Assembly (NCBI GenBank): GCA_002310235.1
Contig: DBYO01000035.1
Span: 418-64,417, forward strand
Source: Bacteroidales bacterium UBA1184
GTDB lineage: Bacteria; Bacteroidota; Bacteroidia; Bacteroidales; ML635J-15
Direction: 5' to 3'
Length of the DNA stretch: 64,000 nucleotides
The position numbers and the translations under genes are program-made. This document shows positions 45,924 through 54,323 of the stretch, piece after piece (positions within the stretch are counted from its first letter, which is position 1; the number at the start of each line of letters is the position of its first letter). Under the pieces are notes generated by a model that saw only the letters and a list, made by a program, of their open reading frames with translations, was not told where the DNA came from and made no database searches.

Positions 45924-47525
45924 CTACATTAATTCGTCGTCGAATTCGTCGAAGAAATGGTACTCCATATATGTATAAGCCATCATCGGAAGCACCTCTA
46001 TTTTACAATCGTACAATTTCTGCCACTGCTTACGCAACGAACGGAAGAAACCCTTGTTTATGAACGCCTCGACAAAGGGATGTGTCTTAATAACAATCTT
46101 TTTTACGTTGCTCTTCTTCAGAATGTACTTCAACTGGTTTTCTATCTCATCGGTAAGATTAAGGCTTGCCTGTATTTTTCCAGTTCCGTTGCAGCAAGGA
46201 CAGGTTTCGGCAGTCTTCTTGTCGGTTTCGGGACGCACACGCTGACGTGTTATCTCCATCAGGCAGAAACGGCTCAATTGAGTAAGATGATATCGCGCCC
46301 TATCGTTTGACATGCACTCCTTCATCTTCTCATATATAGCCTTCTTACTCTCGCTGCTGTGAACATCGATAAAGTCAACCACAATTATTCCGCCCATATC
46401 GCGCAAACGAAGTTGGCGTGCTATTTCCTCGGCAGCGATAAGGTTAACTTCAAGCGCATTCGTTTCCTGGTCATTCTTCGAATTTGCCCTATTTCCAGAG
46501 TTGACATCGATAACATGTCCGGCCTCTGTATGGTCGATGACGATATAAGCGCCAGAACGCATAGGGACGGTACGACCAAAAGCTGTTTTTATCTGCTTTT
46601 CGATTCCGTAATAGTCGAAAATTGGCGTACGGTCGGTATAAAGTTTTACGATTTTTGTCTTTTCGGGAGCTATTTCGGAAATGAACTTCTTAACCTCATT
46701 GTAAAGATCCTCATCGTTGACAACAATCTGATGGAAGGATGAGTTAAGCATATCGCGGAGGAATGCCGTAGTTCTATTCATCTCGCCAAGGACGACACTT
46801 GGAGGCTCCACCACCGAAAGCTGGTGATACAGCTCCTTCCACTTGTCGAGCAAGGATGTTAGTTCCTTGTCAAGTTCCGACAATGGTTTGTCCTGCGCCA
46901 CGGTACGCACAATAACGCCAAAATTCTTCGGCACAAGGCTTTCGAGCCAACCGCGCAGACGTTTGCGGGTTTCGTTTGACTTTATTTTCTGGCTTACCGA
47001 TATACGATTGTTGAACGGCAACAGAACCAGGTTACGTCCGGCAATAGAAATTTCGCAAGTGAGACGTGGACCTTTCGACGAAATAGGCTCCTTAGCCACC
47101 TGCACCAGCACATACTCGCCAACTTTGAGCAAGTCGGAGATTTTGCCACGCTTATCTATATCGGGTTCAACCTTAATGTTGGTGAGGCCATTGGGGTTTT
47201 GGGTCATCCCCATGCGGACGAACTTTTTCAAGGTCATGAAGCCAGAACCGAGGTCAAGATAATGCAGAAAAGCATCCTTTCTATATCCGACATCGATGAA
47301 CGCAGCATTCAATCCTGGCATAAGCTTGTTGACTCTTCCTAGATAAATATCACCTACCGAAAAATCAACATTGCTGTATTCGGTGCTAAGTTCTACAAGT
47401 CGCTTGTTATTTAGCAAAGCTATATTGACCTCGGAACTTCTGACATCCAAAAACAACTCGCTACATACCTCTATTTTCTCGTCGTCCACGCTAGGCTCTC
47501 CTACAATGTTTTTGCAAAAAATCAA
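45924..47525 (-). CDS. rng: Ribonuclease G/E family (Rne/Rng)
   Basis: The S1 domain reads GDIYLGRVNKLMPGLNAAFIDVG. The catalytic core has VVDFID and a CPCCNGTG zinc-link-like motif. The track start is TTG at 47525, inside a terminator hairpin and T-run, so GTG at 47489 or a later start is more plausible. Confidence 0.88.
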   Translation of the reverse strand: MIFCKNIVGEPSVDDEKIEVCSELFLDVRSSEVNIALLNNKRLVELSTEYSNVDFSVGDIYLGRVNKLMPGLNAAFIDVGYRKDAFLHYLDLGSGFMTLKKFVRMGMTQNPNGLTNIKVEPDIDKRGKISDLLKVGEYVLVQVAKEPISSKGPRLTCEISIAGRNLVLLPFNNRISVSQKIKSNETRKRLRGWLESLVPKNFGVIVRTVAQDKPLSELDKELTSLLDKWKELYHQLSVVEPPSVVLGEMNRTTAFLRDMLNSSFHQIVVNDEDLYNEVKKFISEIAPEKTKIVKLYTDRTPIFDYYGIEKQIKTAFGRTVPMRSGAYIVIDHTEAGHVIDVNSGNRANSKNDQETNALEVNLIAAEEIARQLRLRDMGGIIVVDFIDVHSSESKKAIYEKMKECMSNDRARYHLTQLSRFCLMEITRQRVRPETDKKTAETCPCCNGTGKIQASLNLTDEIENQLKYILKKSNVKKIVIKTHPFVEAFINKGFFRSLRKQWQKLYDCKIEVLPMMAYTYMEYHFFDEFDDELM

Positions 47526-47552
47526 ACCTTCGGGAAAAACGCCGAAGGTTTG
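47516..47552 (-). terminator. Strong hairpin + U-tract at the hup operon / rng junction
   Basis: The minus strand reads caaaccttcgg-cgtttttc-ccgaaggtttg followed by atttttt. Confidence 0.7.
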
Positions 47553-47582
47553 GATAATTTCTTAATTCAAAAAAAGAAAATA

Positions 47583-47675
47583 CTATTTTTTCTTTTTATG
47601 TCTGTTCTTACGAAGACGTTTTTTCCTCTTGTGAGTTGACATTTTATGTCTTTTTCTCTTCTTTCCGCTTGGCAT
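47583..47675 (-). CDS. 30-aa Arg/Lys-rich mini-protein, bS22-like (AURKAIP1/COX24-type) candidate ribosomal protein
   Basis: It is below the ORF-track cutoff, so I translated it by hand: MPSGKKRKRHKMSTHKRKKRLRKNRHKKKK*. It begins 8 nt after the HU stop. The pattern resembles mycobacterial bS22 (..[20 protein letters not shown]..) as I recall it. Confidence 0.6.
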   Translation of the reverse strand: MPSGKKRKRHKMSTHKRKKRLRKNRHKKKK

Positions 47676-47683
47676 AACTGTAA

Positions 47684-47974
47684 TTATTTAACCTTGTTAT
47701 TATCCTTTACTTCTGAAACAAAAGATTTTGCCGGCTTGAAAGCAGGAATATTGTGAGCTGGAATAGTTATTGTTGTATTCTTAGCCATATCCCTTGCGGT
47801 CTTTTCTGCTCTTTTCTTAACAACGAAACTTCCAAAACCTCTTAAAAATACATCTTCACCGTTGATCAAAGAACCTTTTACCGATTCCATGAAAGCTTCA
47901 ACAGTCTTCTGAACTACCATTTTTTCGATTCCGGTATTTTCGGAAATTGCATTTACAATGTCTGCTTTAGTCAT
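47684..47974 (-). CDS. hup: HU-family DNA-binding protein
   Basis: The 96-aa ORF reads MTKADIVNAISE...GFGSF..KKRAEKTARDM..N..I.IPA...P.FKP. Confidence 0.92.
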   Translation of the reverse strand: MTKADIVNAISENTGIEKMVVQKTVEAFMESVKGSLINGEDVFLRGFGSFVVKKRAEKTARDMAKNTTITIPAHNIPAFKPAKSFVSEVKDNNKVK

Positions 47975-48039
47975 TTTCTTAATATTTAATTGTTTATAAA
48001 TAAATTACCTTTTAAATATCCCCGTCATTTTTGGGAGTG

Positions 48040-48047
48040 CAAATGTA
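48040..48047 (-). promoter_or_regulatory. -7 box (TAcaTTTG) upstream of hup
   Basis: The reverse complement of caaatgta is tacatttg. Confidence 0.4.
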
Positions 48048-48106
48048 ATAACTTTTTTTGTATGAGCAAAATAAAATTTATTTTTTTTCGATTTGACTAT
48101 ATTTTT

Positions 48107-49522
48107 TTACAATCCTTTGCCCAAGAATACTATTTTTATGGTATAAATAAGTATCTTCATGTCCATTAGCAACGACCTGTTTTCAATATACAAAATATCA
48201 TATTTTAGTCGTTCCACCATCTGGTCAACATTCTCGGCATAACCATACTTTACTTGTCCCCACGACGTTATACCTGGTCTTACCGACAACAAATGAAGGT
48301 AATGTGGCGCCTTTTTTACAATCTGCTGTATATAGAATTCACGTTCTGGACGCGGACCGACAAGACTCATATCTCCACGCAGCACATTGAAGAACTGCGG
48401 AGTCTCATCCATTCGTGTCTTTCTCATAATCTTGCCAATGCGCGTAATGCGCGGGTCATCTTTTTTGCTCAATGCCGGACCATCCTTCTCCGAATTAACG
48501 TACATGGAACGGAATTTATAAATCTTGAACGGCTTATGGTAACGGCCGATGCGCTCATGACTATATATCACGGGTCCCGGAGAACTAATCTTTACTGCGA
48601 TTGCCAGCACAAGATATAGCGGAGACAAAATTATCATAGCCAATATACTCAGCAAGATGTCGAAGAACCGCTTTGTAAAAAGCTGCCATACAGGCATTAC
48701 ATTTTGGTTTATCTCTATTAGCGGCATACCTATTATTGATGTTATGCGCACCTTACCTATAAGCATGTCGTACATGTCGGGAATTACCTTCACCGATACG
48801 CGTAGTCCGTATAACTTATTAACTATGTGTGTTATCTTATTGTGCTCACTCGACTCTATAGCAATCACAATCTCCTCGATTTTGTACTTATCAACGATCT
48901 CCCTTATGTCCTCTACGCTACCAAAATTGGGCACATAGTTCTCCATCTGGTATTTTTCCTGCTTATCGACATATACGAAACCTATAAAATTCAATCCCGA
49001 AGAGATATTCTGAGACTCTAGTTCGCGATACAATTCCACCGCCTTGTCGTTGCTGCCAACCATAAGTGTATTGAAACGCAATCGACGATTGTGAACACGC
49101 TTGTTGGTCACCGTTGTGATAATAAGACGCGGTATGTAGGTAAACGTAAACTGCATCAACAGCAACAGACCAAACATACTATAGTACTGCTTGTAGTTAC
49201 CGACCCAGTCATCGAGTACAAAGGCGAAGAATAGTATAACCACGCCGAGCAGTGTAACGGCTGCCGTGGTGCCCAATTCGTGAACTCTTGACTTACGGAA
49301 AGGCGAACGATAATAGTCGCTCATTAGATGCAGCAACAACCAGAACAATGGAATTACCACCATTGAGACATAGAATTTCCAGTCGAGCTCAACGGGAATA
49401 GAATATCCAAGGCGCAACGGCTCAATTTCAACTTTACGATAACAATAGAACAAACCCCATGTAGCCGCAGCCGCAAGATAATCACATAGTATATATTTTA
49501 AATTCTGCCTTGCCTTATGCAT
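48107..49522 (-). CDS. Polyprenyl-phosphate glycosylphosphotransferase (WbaP/bacterial sugar transferase family)
   Basis: The 471-aa ORF has N-terminal TM segments and a central Rossmann-like domain. Its C-terminus reads RIGKIMRKTRMDETPQFFNVLRGDMSLVGPRPE. Confidence 0.88.
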   Translation of the reverse strand: MHKARQNLKYILCDYLAAAATWGLFYCYRKVEIEPLRLGYSIPVELDWKFYVSMVVIPLFWLLLHLMSDYYRSPFRKSRVHELGTTAAVTLLGVVILFFAFVLDDWVGNYKQYYSMFGLLLLMQFTFTYIPRLIITTVTNKRVHNRRLRFNTLMVGSNDKAVELYRELESQNISSGLNFIGFVYVDKQEKYQMENYVPNFGSVEDIREIVDKYKIEEIVIAIESSEHNKITHIVNKLYGLRVSVKVIPDMYDMLIGKVRITSIIGMPLIEINQNVMPVWQLFTKRFFDILLSILAMIILSPLYLVLAIAVKISSPGPVIYSHERIGRYHKPFKIYKFRSMYVNSEKDGPALSKKDDPRITRIGKIMRKTRMDETPQFFNVLRGDMSLVGPRPEREFYIQQIVKKAPHYLHLLSVRPGITSWGQVKYGYAENVDQMVERLKYDILYIENRSLLMDMKILIYTIKIVFLGKGL

Positions 49523-49530
49523 AATATGCT

Positions 49531-50427
49531 TTAGTTTTCAAGATGCAACAACTTCAGGTTGTCGATATATATCTCGGTATTCTGTCCAACCGGGCTAATA
49601 GTATCGACTCTTACAGCAGTAAAGAACGGCTGAAACTGACCGCAATTTGAAGAGGAATTTATAATAGCACGGTTTAGATTAATATACACACGTTTCCATT
49701 TCCCGTCAGTCGGGTAAAACGTATATACATTTTCGCGCACACCACTTGTTGATGTTGCACTTTCAACTACACCGAACATTCCAAAATTGAATTTATCGTT
49801 GCACTTATAACTTATTTCGAGATAAGTTTCACCATTTTCCGAAATAGAATACACATCCGAAGCACGGCATTCAAAATATCCGCTATAATCGTCTTTCGGG
49901 ATTACCACTTTCATAGCATAACCATCGTAACCACCATCATTAGAAAGATCGAAGCCGTATGTGCTGGAATCAGACTTTTCGAACTTCGAACCTATCTGAT
50001 CGAAGTTTTCCATGAGTATAAAATTAACACCTTGTCTATACGAATAATGTGGTGTCAACTTCATGGTTGTATTAGGGGTAAGCACAGTGTCTATACTATA
50101 GTTTGTAAGCATTGGATACACATTCCTTTGGGCATCAAGACCCGATGCCTTTATCCCTGGCTCTATTTCTATGCGAACTTTGCCCGATGCGAGCACAGGC
50201 ACTTCGAACGGAATCTCGAAAACGCCAATTGTCGAAACCTTAGTGCTTCCTGCCGACAACCAGCAGTCGGATATGTTATGCAAGGCAGATCCCTGAGACG
50301 GGTCAACAATATCGATGACAGCATCATCAACGCAAATGAAAGCGGGAACTCCTTCATTAGGATCATTTTCCTTGCACGACGCAAACACCAAGACAATCGC
50401 AAACGCCAATATCAGTATTTTCTTCAT
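49531..50427 (-). CDS. Hypothetical lipoprotein
   Basis: The 298-aa ORF has the lipobox LVFASC. It lies 8 nt upstream of the sugar transferase gene. Confidence 0.65.
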   Translation of the reverse strand: MKKILILAFAIVLVFASCKENDPNEGVPAFICVDDAVIDIVDPSQGSALHNISDCWLSAGSTKVSTIGVFEIPFEVPVLASGKVRIEIEPGIKASGLDAQRNVYPMLTNYSIDTVLTPNTTMKLTPHYSYRQGVNFILMENFDQIGSKFEKSDSSTYGFDLSNDGGYDGYAMKVVIPKDDYSGYFECRASDVYSISENGETYLEISYKCNDKFNFGMFGVVESATSTSGVRENVYTFYPTDGKWKRVYINLNRAIINSSSNCGQFQPFFTAVRVDTISPVGQNTEIYIDNLKLLHLEN

Positions 50428-50454
50428 CTGACAATTATTCTAAATATAAGAGAG

Positions 50455-50462
50455 CAAAGGTA
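50455..50462 (-). promoter_or_regulatory. -7 box (TAccTTTG); a second candidate is tatctttg at 50485-50492
   Basis: The reverse complement of caaaggta is tacctttg, which ends 27 nt upstream of the ATG at 50427. Confidence 0.4.
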
Positions 50463-50504
50463 GATAAAATTTCCGACAGGCAGACAAAGATATCAAATAA
50501 ATTT

Positions 50505-50652
50505 CACGCACGAAGCTCCAAAGGCTTGCAGACTCAAAGGCGAACAGGCAAAAAGGTTCAAAGTCCCAAAAAAGAACAGTCTAAAAGGCTGTTAGACTGC
50601 CAGACTGTAAGCCTGCGCGACTGTGAGACTGCAAGCCTGTGAGCCTGTTAGA
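50505..50652. repeat. Intergenic element copy B: [CT]AAAGG-rich half + 9 perfectly phased 8-nt units CTGNNAGM
   Basis: The units are ctaaaagg, ctgttaga, ctgccaga, ctgtaagc, ctgcgcga, ctgtgaga, ctgcaagc, ctgtgagc and ctgttaga (50581-50652). They end 2 nt from the stop codon of 50655..51764. Confidence 0.85.
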
Positions 50653-50654
50653 CT

Positions 50655-51764
50655 TTACTCCTTCGGCAACATTACAAACTCCGACACCTTAAAAAGTTCC
50701 ACAGGCTTGGTACTATCGGGAGGAATTGCCATGATAGCCGGCTTGAAATTCTCAACATCGGCCATAAAATTTGCGATATAAAGGAAAGTGCCGTCATCTA
50801 GCCATGCCATCGAAGGTCCCTCGTCGTACGAAATATCAGTACCATCCAAGATCATCTGGTATTTTCCATCGAGACTAGCAATGCAGTACGGACCATGCGG
50901 GAAATCGCCCCAACCGGTAACAGCGCCAAAGACAACCCTGTCGCCTTTGGGTGAAATTCCGCTAAAATTGAATTCTTCTGGAGTCGATTCAAACTTCATC
51001 TTGTTGGTAAGACAAACTCCACCATTTCCCTCCGATCCGTAATAGTAGTTATACGACGATCCTTCTCTTTCTTCATCGTCATCATCAGCACCTGCCTCGT
51101 AGAAACTGGAGTAAGTAATTACTTCATCTTCTTCGTCTTCCTCATCGTTTGTCGAGCTTTCAAAATAACTATAAAGTTTTTCTATACTCTGAGAAGTCAC
51201 GAACTTGTGCGATTCATTGTCGTACACCTTTATCTTGGTAAACCAGTAACCATCCCAGCTGAAATCGTAGTTCACACCGAAATATCTGCCGTCGTCACTC
51301 ACCCTCAGTGCCGAATATGTACCGTATGTCTCTGTTATGCAATCATTACAGGACAAGTCCCAGTTGACAATCTGCTTTGGCGTTGGATCCTCCGAATCGA
51401 AGTCGATATATTTCAACACCATGGAACTGTCCTTGCATACTGAATAATACAAGCCAAGGGTGCCTGGCACAAAACTGTAATTTACGATTTCATCAGTTTC
51501 ACCTTCATACACAATAGAATCCATACGTTCCATACTGAAAAAGCAGAACTTATTTCCTCTAAAATACATGATGTCGCAATCTGCAATCTTCAGCAACGTA
51601 TCTTCCACTATGCTGTCCTCAACTATGCTGTCGGCAACAACCTTATCATCATTTGGCGTTACTGCCTTGTCTTTCGACTTGCATGAAAACGAAACGACAG
51701 ACATCATCAACACTGCACCGAACAAAAAACCGCTTACCAGATATTTTTCAAAACTCTTTATCAT
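50655..51764 (-). CDS. Hypothetical lipoprotein with acidic low-complexity insert (possibly beta-propeller-like)
   Basis: The 369-aa ORF has VVSFSC, D/E runs (NDEEDEEDE, DDDDEE) and ISPKGDRVVFG. Confidence 0.6.
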   Translation of the reverse strand: MIKSFEKYLVSGFLFGAVLMMSVVSFSCKSKDKAVTPNDDKVVADSIVEDSIVEDTLLKIADCDIMYFRGNKFCFFSMERMDSIVYEGETDEIVNYSFVPGTLGLYYSVCKDSSMVLKYIDFDSEDPTPKQIVNWDLSCNDCITETYGTYSALRVSDDGRYFGVNYDFSWDGYWFTKIKVYDNESHKFVTSQSIEKLYSYFESSTNDEEDEEDEVITYSSFYEAGADDDDEEREGSSYNYYYGSEGNGGVCLTNKMKFESTPEEFNFSGISPKGDRVVFGAVTGWGDFPHGPYCIASLDGKYQMILDGTDISYDEGPSMAWLDDGTFLYIANFMADVENFKPAIMAIPPDSTKPVELFKVSEFVMLPKE

Positions 51765-52023
51765 ACCTATTTATTATTAATCAAACAATGTTTAAATTTT
51801 CTGCAAAGATATACATTTTGTGGAAAACAAAAACACCGTTCAATTATCATAATGGACAATGCGCACATCGTCCCAATAAATATAACCGGCGCAAATCATT
51901 GCGCCGCTACAACCATTAAATCCTTGAACCAGATCCCTTGACCCTTGTACAGTCGCGGAGCGCCACGACCACTACAACTTGAAACCAGAAACTTAGAAAA
52001 TTGAAACCATAATCGGTGAAGCC

Positions 52024-52974
52024 CTAAAATCCCAATTTTATCTTGTCCTTTATTTTCTTAACCACCTCGTAGGTCTTGAGGATGGTATCAACGTTGACTT
52101 CGGGCGACTTGTTGTAAAGAATTGATTTTGCGAAGGATGTAAACTCGTCGTAATAGACATTGTTGGGTTTTACCATAATCTGTTCGACGCTCAAATCGCC
52201 AACCGACTGACTGAAGAACGACGGATCATCGACATCGCCACGCTTTTTCACCAGCGAAGCCTTATTTGCTAGCATGTCGATATTTGTATAGCTATCGCGA
52301 CAATAGAATGTCATCTTGTGCGAATCGTCCTCGGCAATGCGGCTTGCTACGAAATGTGCCACACAACCGTTATAGAACTCGATGCGAGCATTAATTACAT
52401 CAGGAACAACCGATGGCATCTGCGTTATGGCAGAAGCGCTTGCGTAGATGTTCTTCACATTCGACTTCACCACACTCAACACAATGTCAACATCGTTGAT
52501 GAGCATGTCCATCAGCACCGAGCAATATTCGCTGTTGGAATTGAACCGTCTATGGTTTACCGACTGGATAAAGCGCGGTGAAACAATGAATGGCTTTGCC
52601 GAAAGGAAAGTGTTGTTGAAACGATGATGGAATCCTGCCTGCACCTTCACATTGGCTTCATCGACTATGCTCGACAATTTGGTTACATCGGTACTGCAAT
52701 ATGATGAAGCAGGCTCGAAAAACACATGTTTCGACGACTTTACTAATGTTTTTATTTCTTCAAGGCTTGTTGCAGGAGAAACGGCGATTACCGCATCGAC
52801 ATTGTTGAGGAAAGCCCCTTCCTCGTCGAACTCGCGCAGATGCAATTTGGTGTCGCCATGCTCTGGCTTTGCAGAATACATACCAACGACATCCAATTCG
52901 GCCACATCGAGAATGTTCTCCACCATTCCCACAGTGCTCGAATCAATGCTTCCGTAAACGCCAGTCCTTATCAT
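52024..52974 (-). CDS. Gfo/Idh/MocA-like oxidoreductase-fold protein with degenerate dinucleotide motif (tentative)
   Basis: The 316-aa ORF has the overall layout of the family, but its N-terminus reads GVYGSIDSS instead of GxGxxG. Confidence 0.45.
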   Translation of the reverse strand: MIRTGVYGSIDSSTVGMVENILDVAELDVVGMYSAKPEHGDTKLHLREFDEEGAFLNNVDAVIAVSPATSLEEIKTLVKSSKHVFFEPASSYCSTDVTKLSSIVDEANVKVQAGFHHRFNNTFLSAKPFIVSPRFIQSVNHRRFNSNSEYCSVLMDMLINDVDIVLSVVKSNVKNIYASASAITQMPSVVPDVINARIEFYNGCVAHFVASRIAEDDSHKMTFYCRDSYTNIDMLANKASLVKKRGDVDDPSFFSQSVGDLSVEQIMVKPNNVYYDEFTSFAKSILYNKSPEVNVDTILKTYEVVKKIKDKIKLGF

Positions 52975-53194
52975 TTTTAAAATTTAAAGCACAAAAATAT
53001 TCTGCCTTTCGTTCTCATTTTCAACCTTCCGACATCTTTTTTCAACTACATGATGTTAAAGCCAGCAAGTCCGCCCCACACCATGCCATTCCCTCACCTC
53101 GGACGACAATAGCACTTAGCGACTGATAAAACAAACATTACACGTCTCGCGTAAAAAAAGTCAAAAAATTATTTGCCACTTCGGTAAAAAGGTG

Positions 53195-53202
53195 TACTTT
53201 TG
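53195..53202 (+). promoter_or_regulatory. -7 box (TActTTTG) upstream of tRNA-Arg
   Basis: tacttttg ends 14 nt upstream of the tRNA 5' end. Confidence 0.5.
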
Positions 53203-53216
53203 CAGTCCAAAATGAT

Positions 53217-53290
53217 GGTCCAGTAGCTCAGCTGGATAGAGCAACGGCCTTCTAAGCCGTAGGCCACAGGTTCGAATCCTGTCTGGATCA
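53217..53290 (+). tRNA. tRNA-Arg (anticodon TCT)
   Basis: GGTCCAGTAGCTCAGCTGGATAGAGCAACGGCCTTCTAAGCCGTAGGCCACAGGTTCGAATCCTGTCTGGATCA. The anticodon loop is CTTCTAA. Confidence 0.92.
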
Positions 53291-53293
53291 CAA

Positions 53294-53319
53294 AAGCACT
53301 GGGAATCAGTGCTTTTTTT
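53294..53319 (+). terminator. Rho-independent terminator after tRNA-Arg
   Basis: The sequence is aagcactg-ggaat-cagtgctt followed by ttttt. Confidence 0.8.
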
Positions 53320-53333
53320 GTTAACGCAAAGAC

Positions 53334-54317
53334 ATGGGAACGATATTGCAGCCGAATTTTCAGGAAATAGCGAAAGGCATCGGAATCGACCTAACGGGCT
53401 TCGAAAAATTGCTGATTGACACCATAAATTCCGACAACAGCGACTTCAAGCCAATGCTACAGCACGTTTTCAACGCAAAAGGCAAACGCATTCGTCCCCT
53501 GCTCGTCTATCTTTCGGCAAAGATTTTCGGCAAGCCAACAATAAGCACCGACCGCGCCGCCCTAATAGTCGAAATACTGCACAACGCAACACTTATCCAC
53601 GACGACATTGTCGATGAGTCGGACATCCGCCGCAACCAGCCCACACTCAACGCAACCAAGGGCAACAAGGCGGCAGTACTCGCTGGCGACTACCTGTTTG
53701 CAAAAGCAATAAGCATAGCCGCCCAGAATGGCGAACATGCAATTATCTACATGCTTATGCCAACCGTCTGCGCAATGAGCGAAGGCGAACTGCAACAGCT
53801 TGATTCAAAAGACTTCAGCACCGACGAAGCAAGGTACTACGAAATCATTTTCAAGAAAACCGCTTCGCTGATAGCATCGTGTCTGAAAGTCGGAGCAGTT
53901 ACCGCTGGAGCAAGCGAACTGCAGACCGAGCAGATTTGCAAAATCGGCGAGAAAATCGGCTACATCTTCCAGATAAAGGACGATATGCTCGACTACTCGT
54001 CCAACGGCAAGACAGGCAAGGAAAGCGGCAACGACATCAAGGAATGCAAGGTCACAATGCCGCTCATCTGCGCATGGAACAATATGACCGCCAGCGAACA
54101 GGACAAGCTTTTGTCGCTTTGGAACACTGAACGTACCGCCGAAAACATCGAGCAGATCCGCAAAATAGTTGTCGAAAAGAACGGCATAGGCGACAGCCTG
54201 AAAAAGATAATGGCAATAAAGTCGGAAACCGACGCCCTTATCGCACAGCTGCCCGACAACAAATACCGCAAATATCTGAAACAGATTACAGAATATATCA
54301 TCGAACGTGAAAACTAG
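53334..54317 (+). CDS. Long-chain polyprenyl diphosphate synthase (IspB-like)
   Basis: The 327-aa ORF has the first DDxxD motif (LIHDDIVDES) and the second (FQIKDDMLDY). Confidence 0.9.
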   Translation: MGTILQPNFQEIAKGIGIDLTGFEKLLIDTINSDNSDFKPMLQHVFNAKGKRIRPLLVYLSAKIFGKPTISTDRAALIVEILHNATLIHDDIVDESDIRRNQPTLNATKGNKAAVLAGDYLFAKAISIAAQNGEHAIIYMLMPTVCAMSEGELQQLDSKDFSTDEARYYEIIFKKTASLIASCLKVGAVTAGASELQTEQICKIGEKIGYIFQIKDDMLDYSSNGKTGKESGNDIKECKVTMPLICAWNNMTASEQDKLLSLWNTERTAENIEQIRKIVVEKNGIGDSLKKIMAIKSETDALIAQLPDNKYRKYLKQITEYIIEREN

Positions 54318-54323
54318 AACGTC

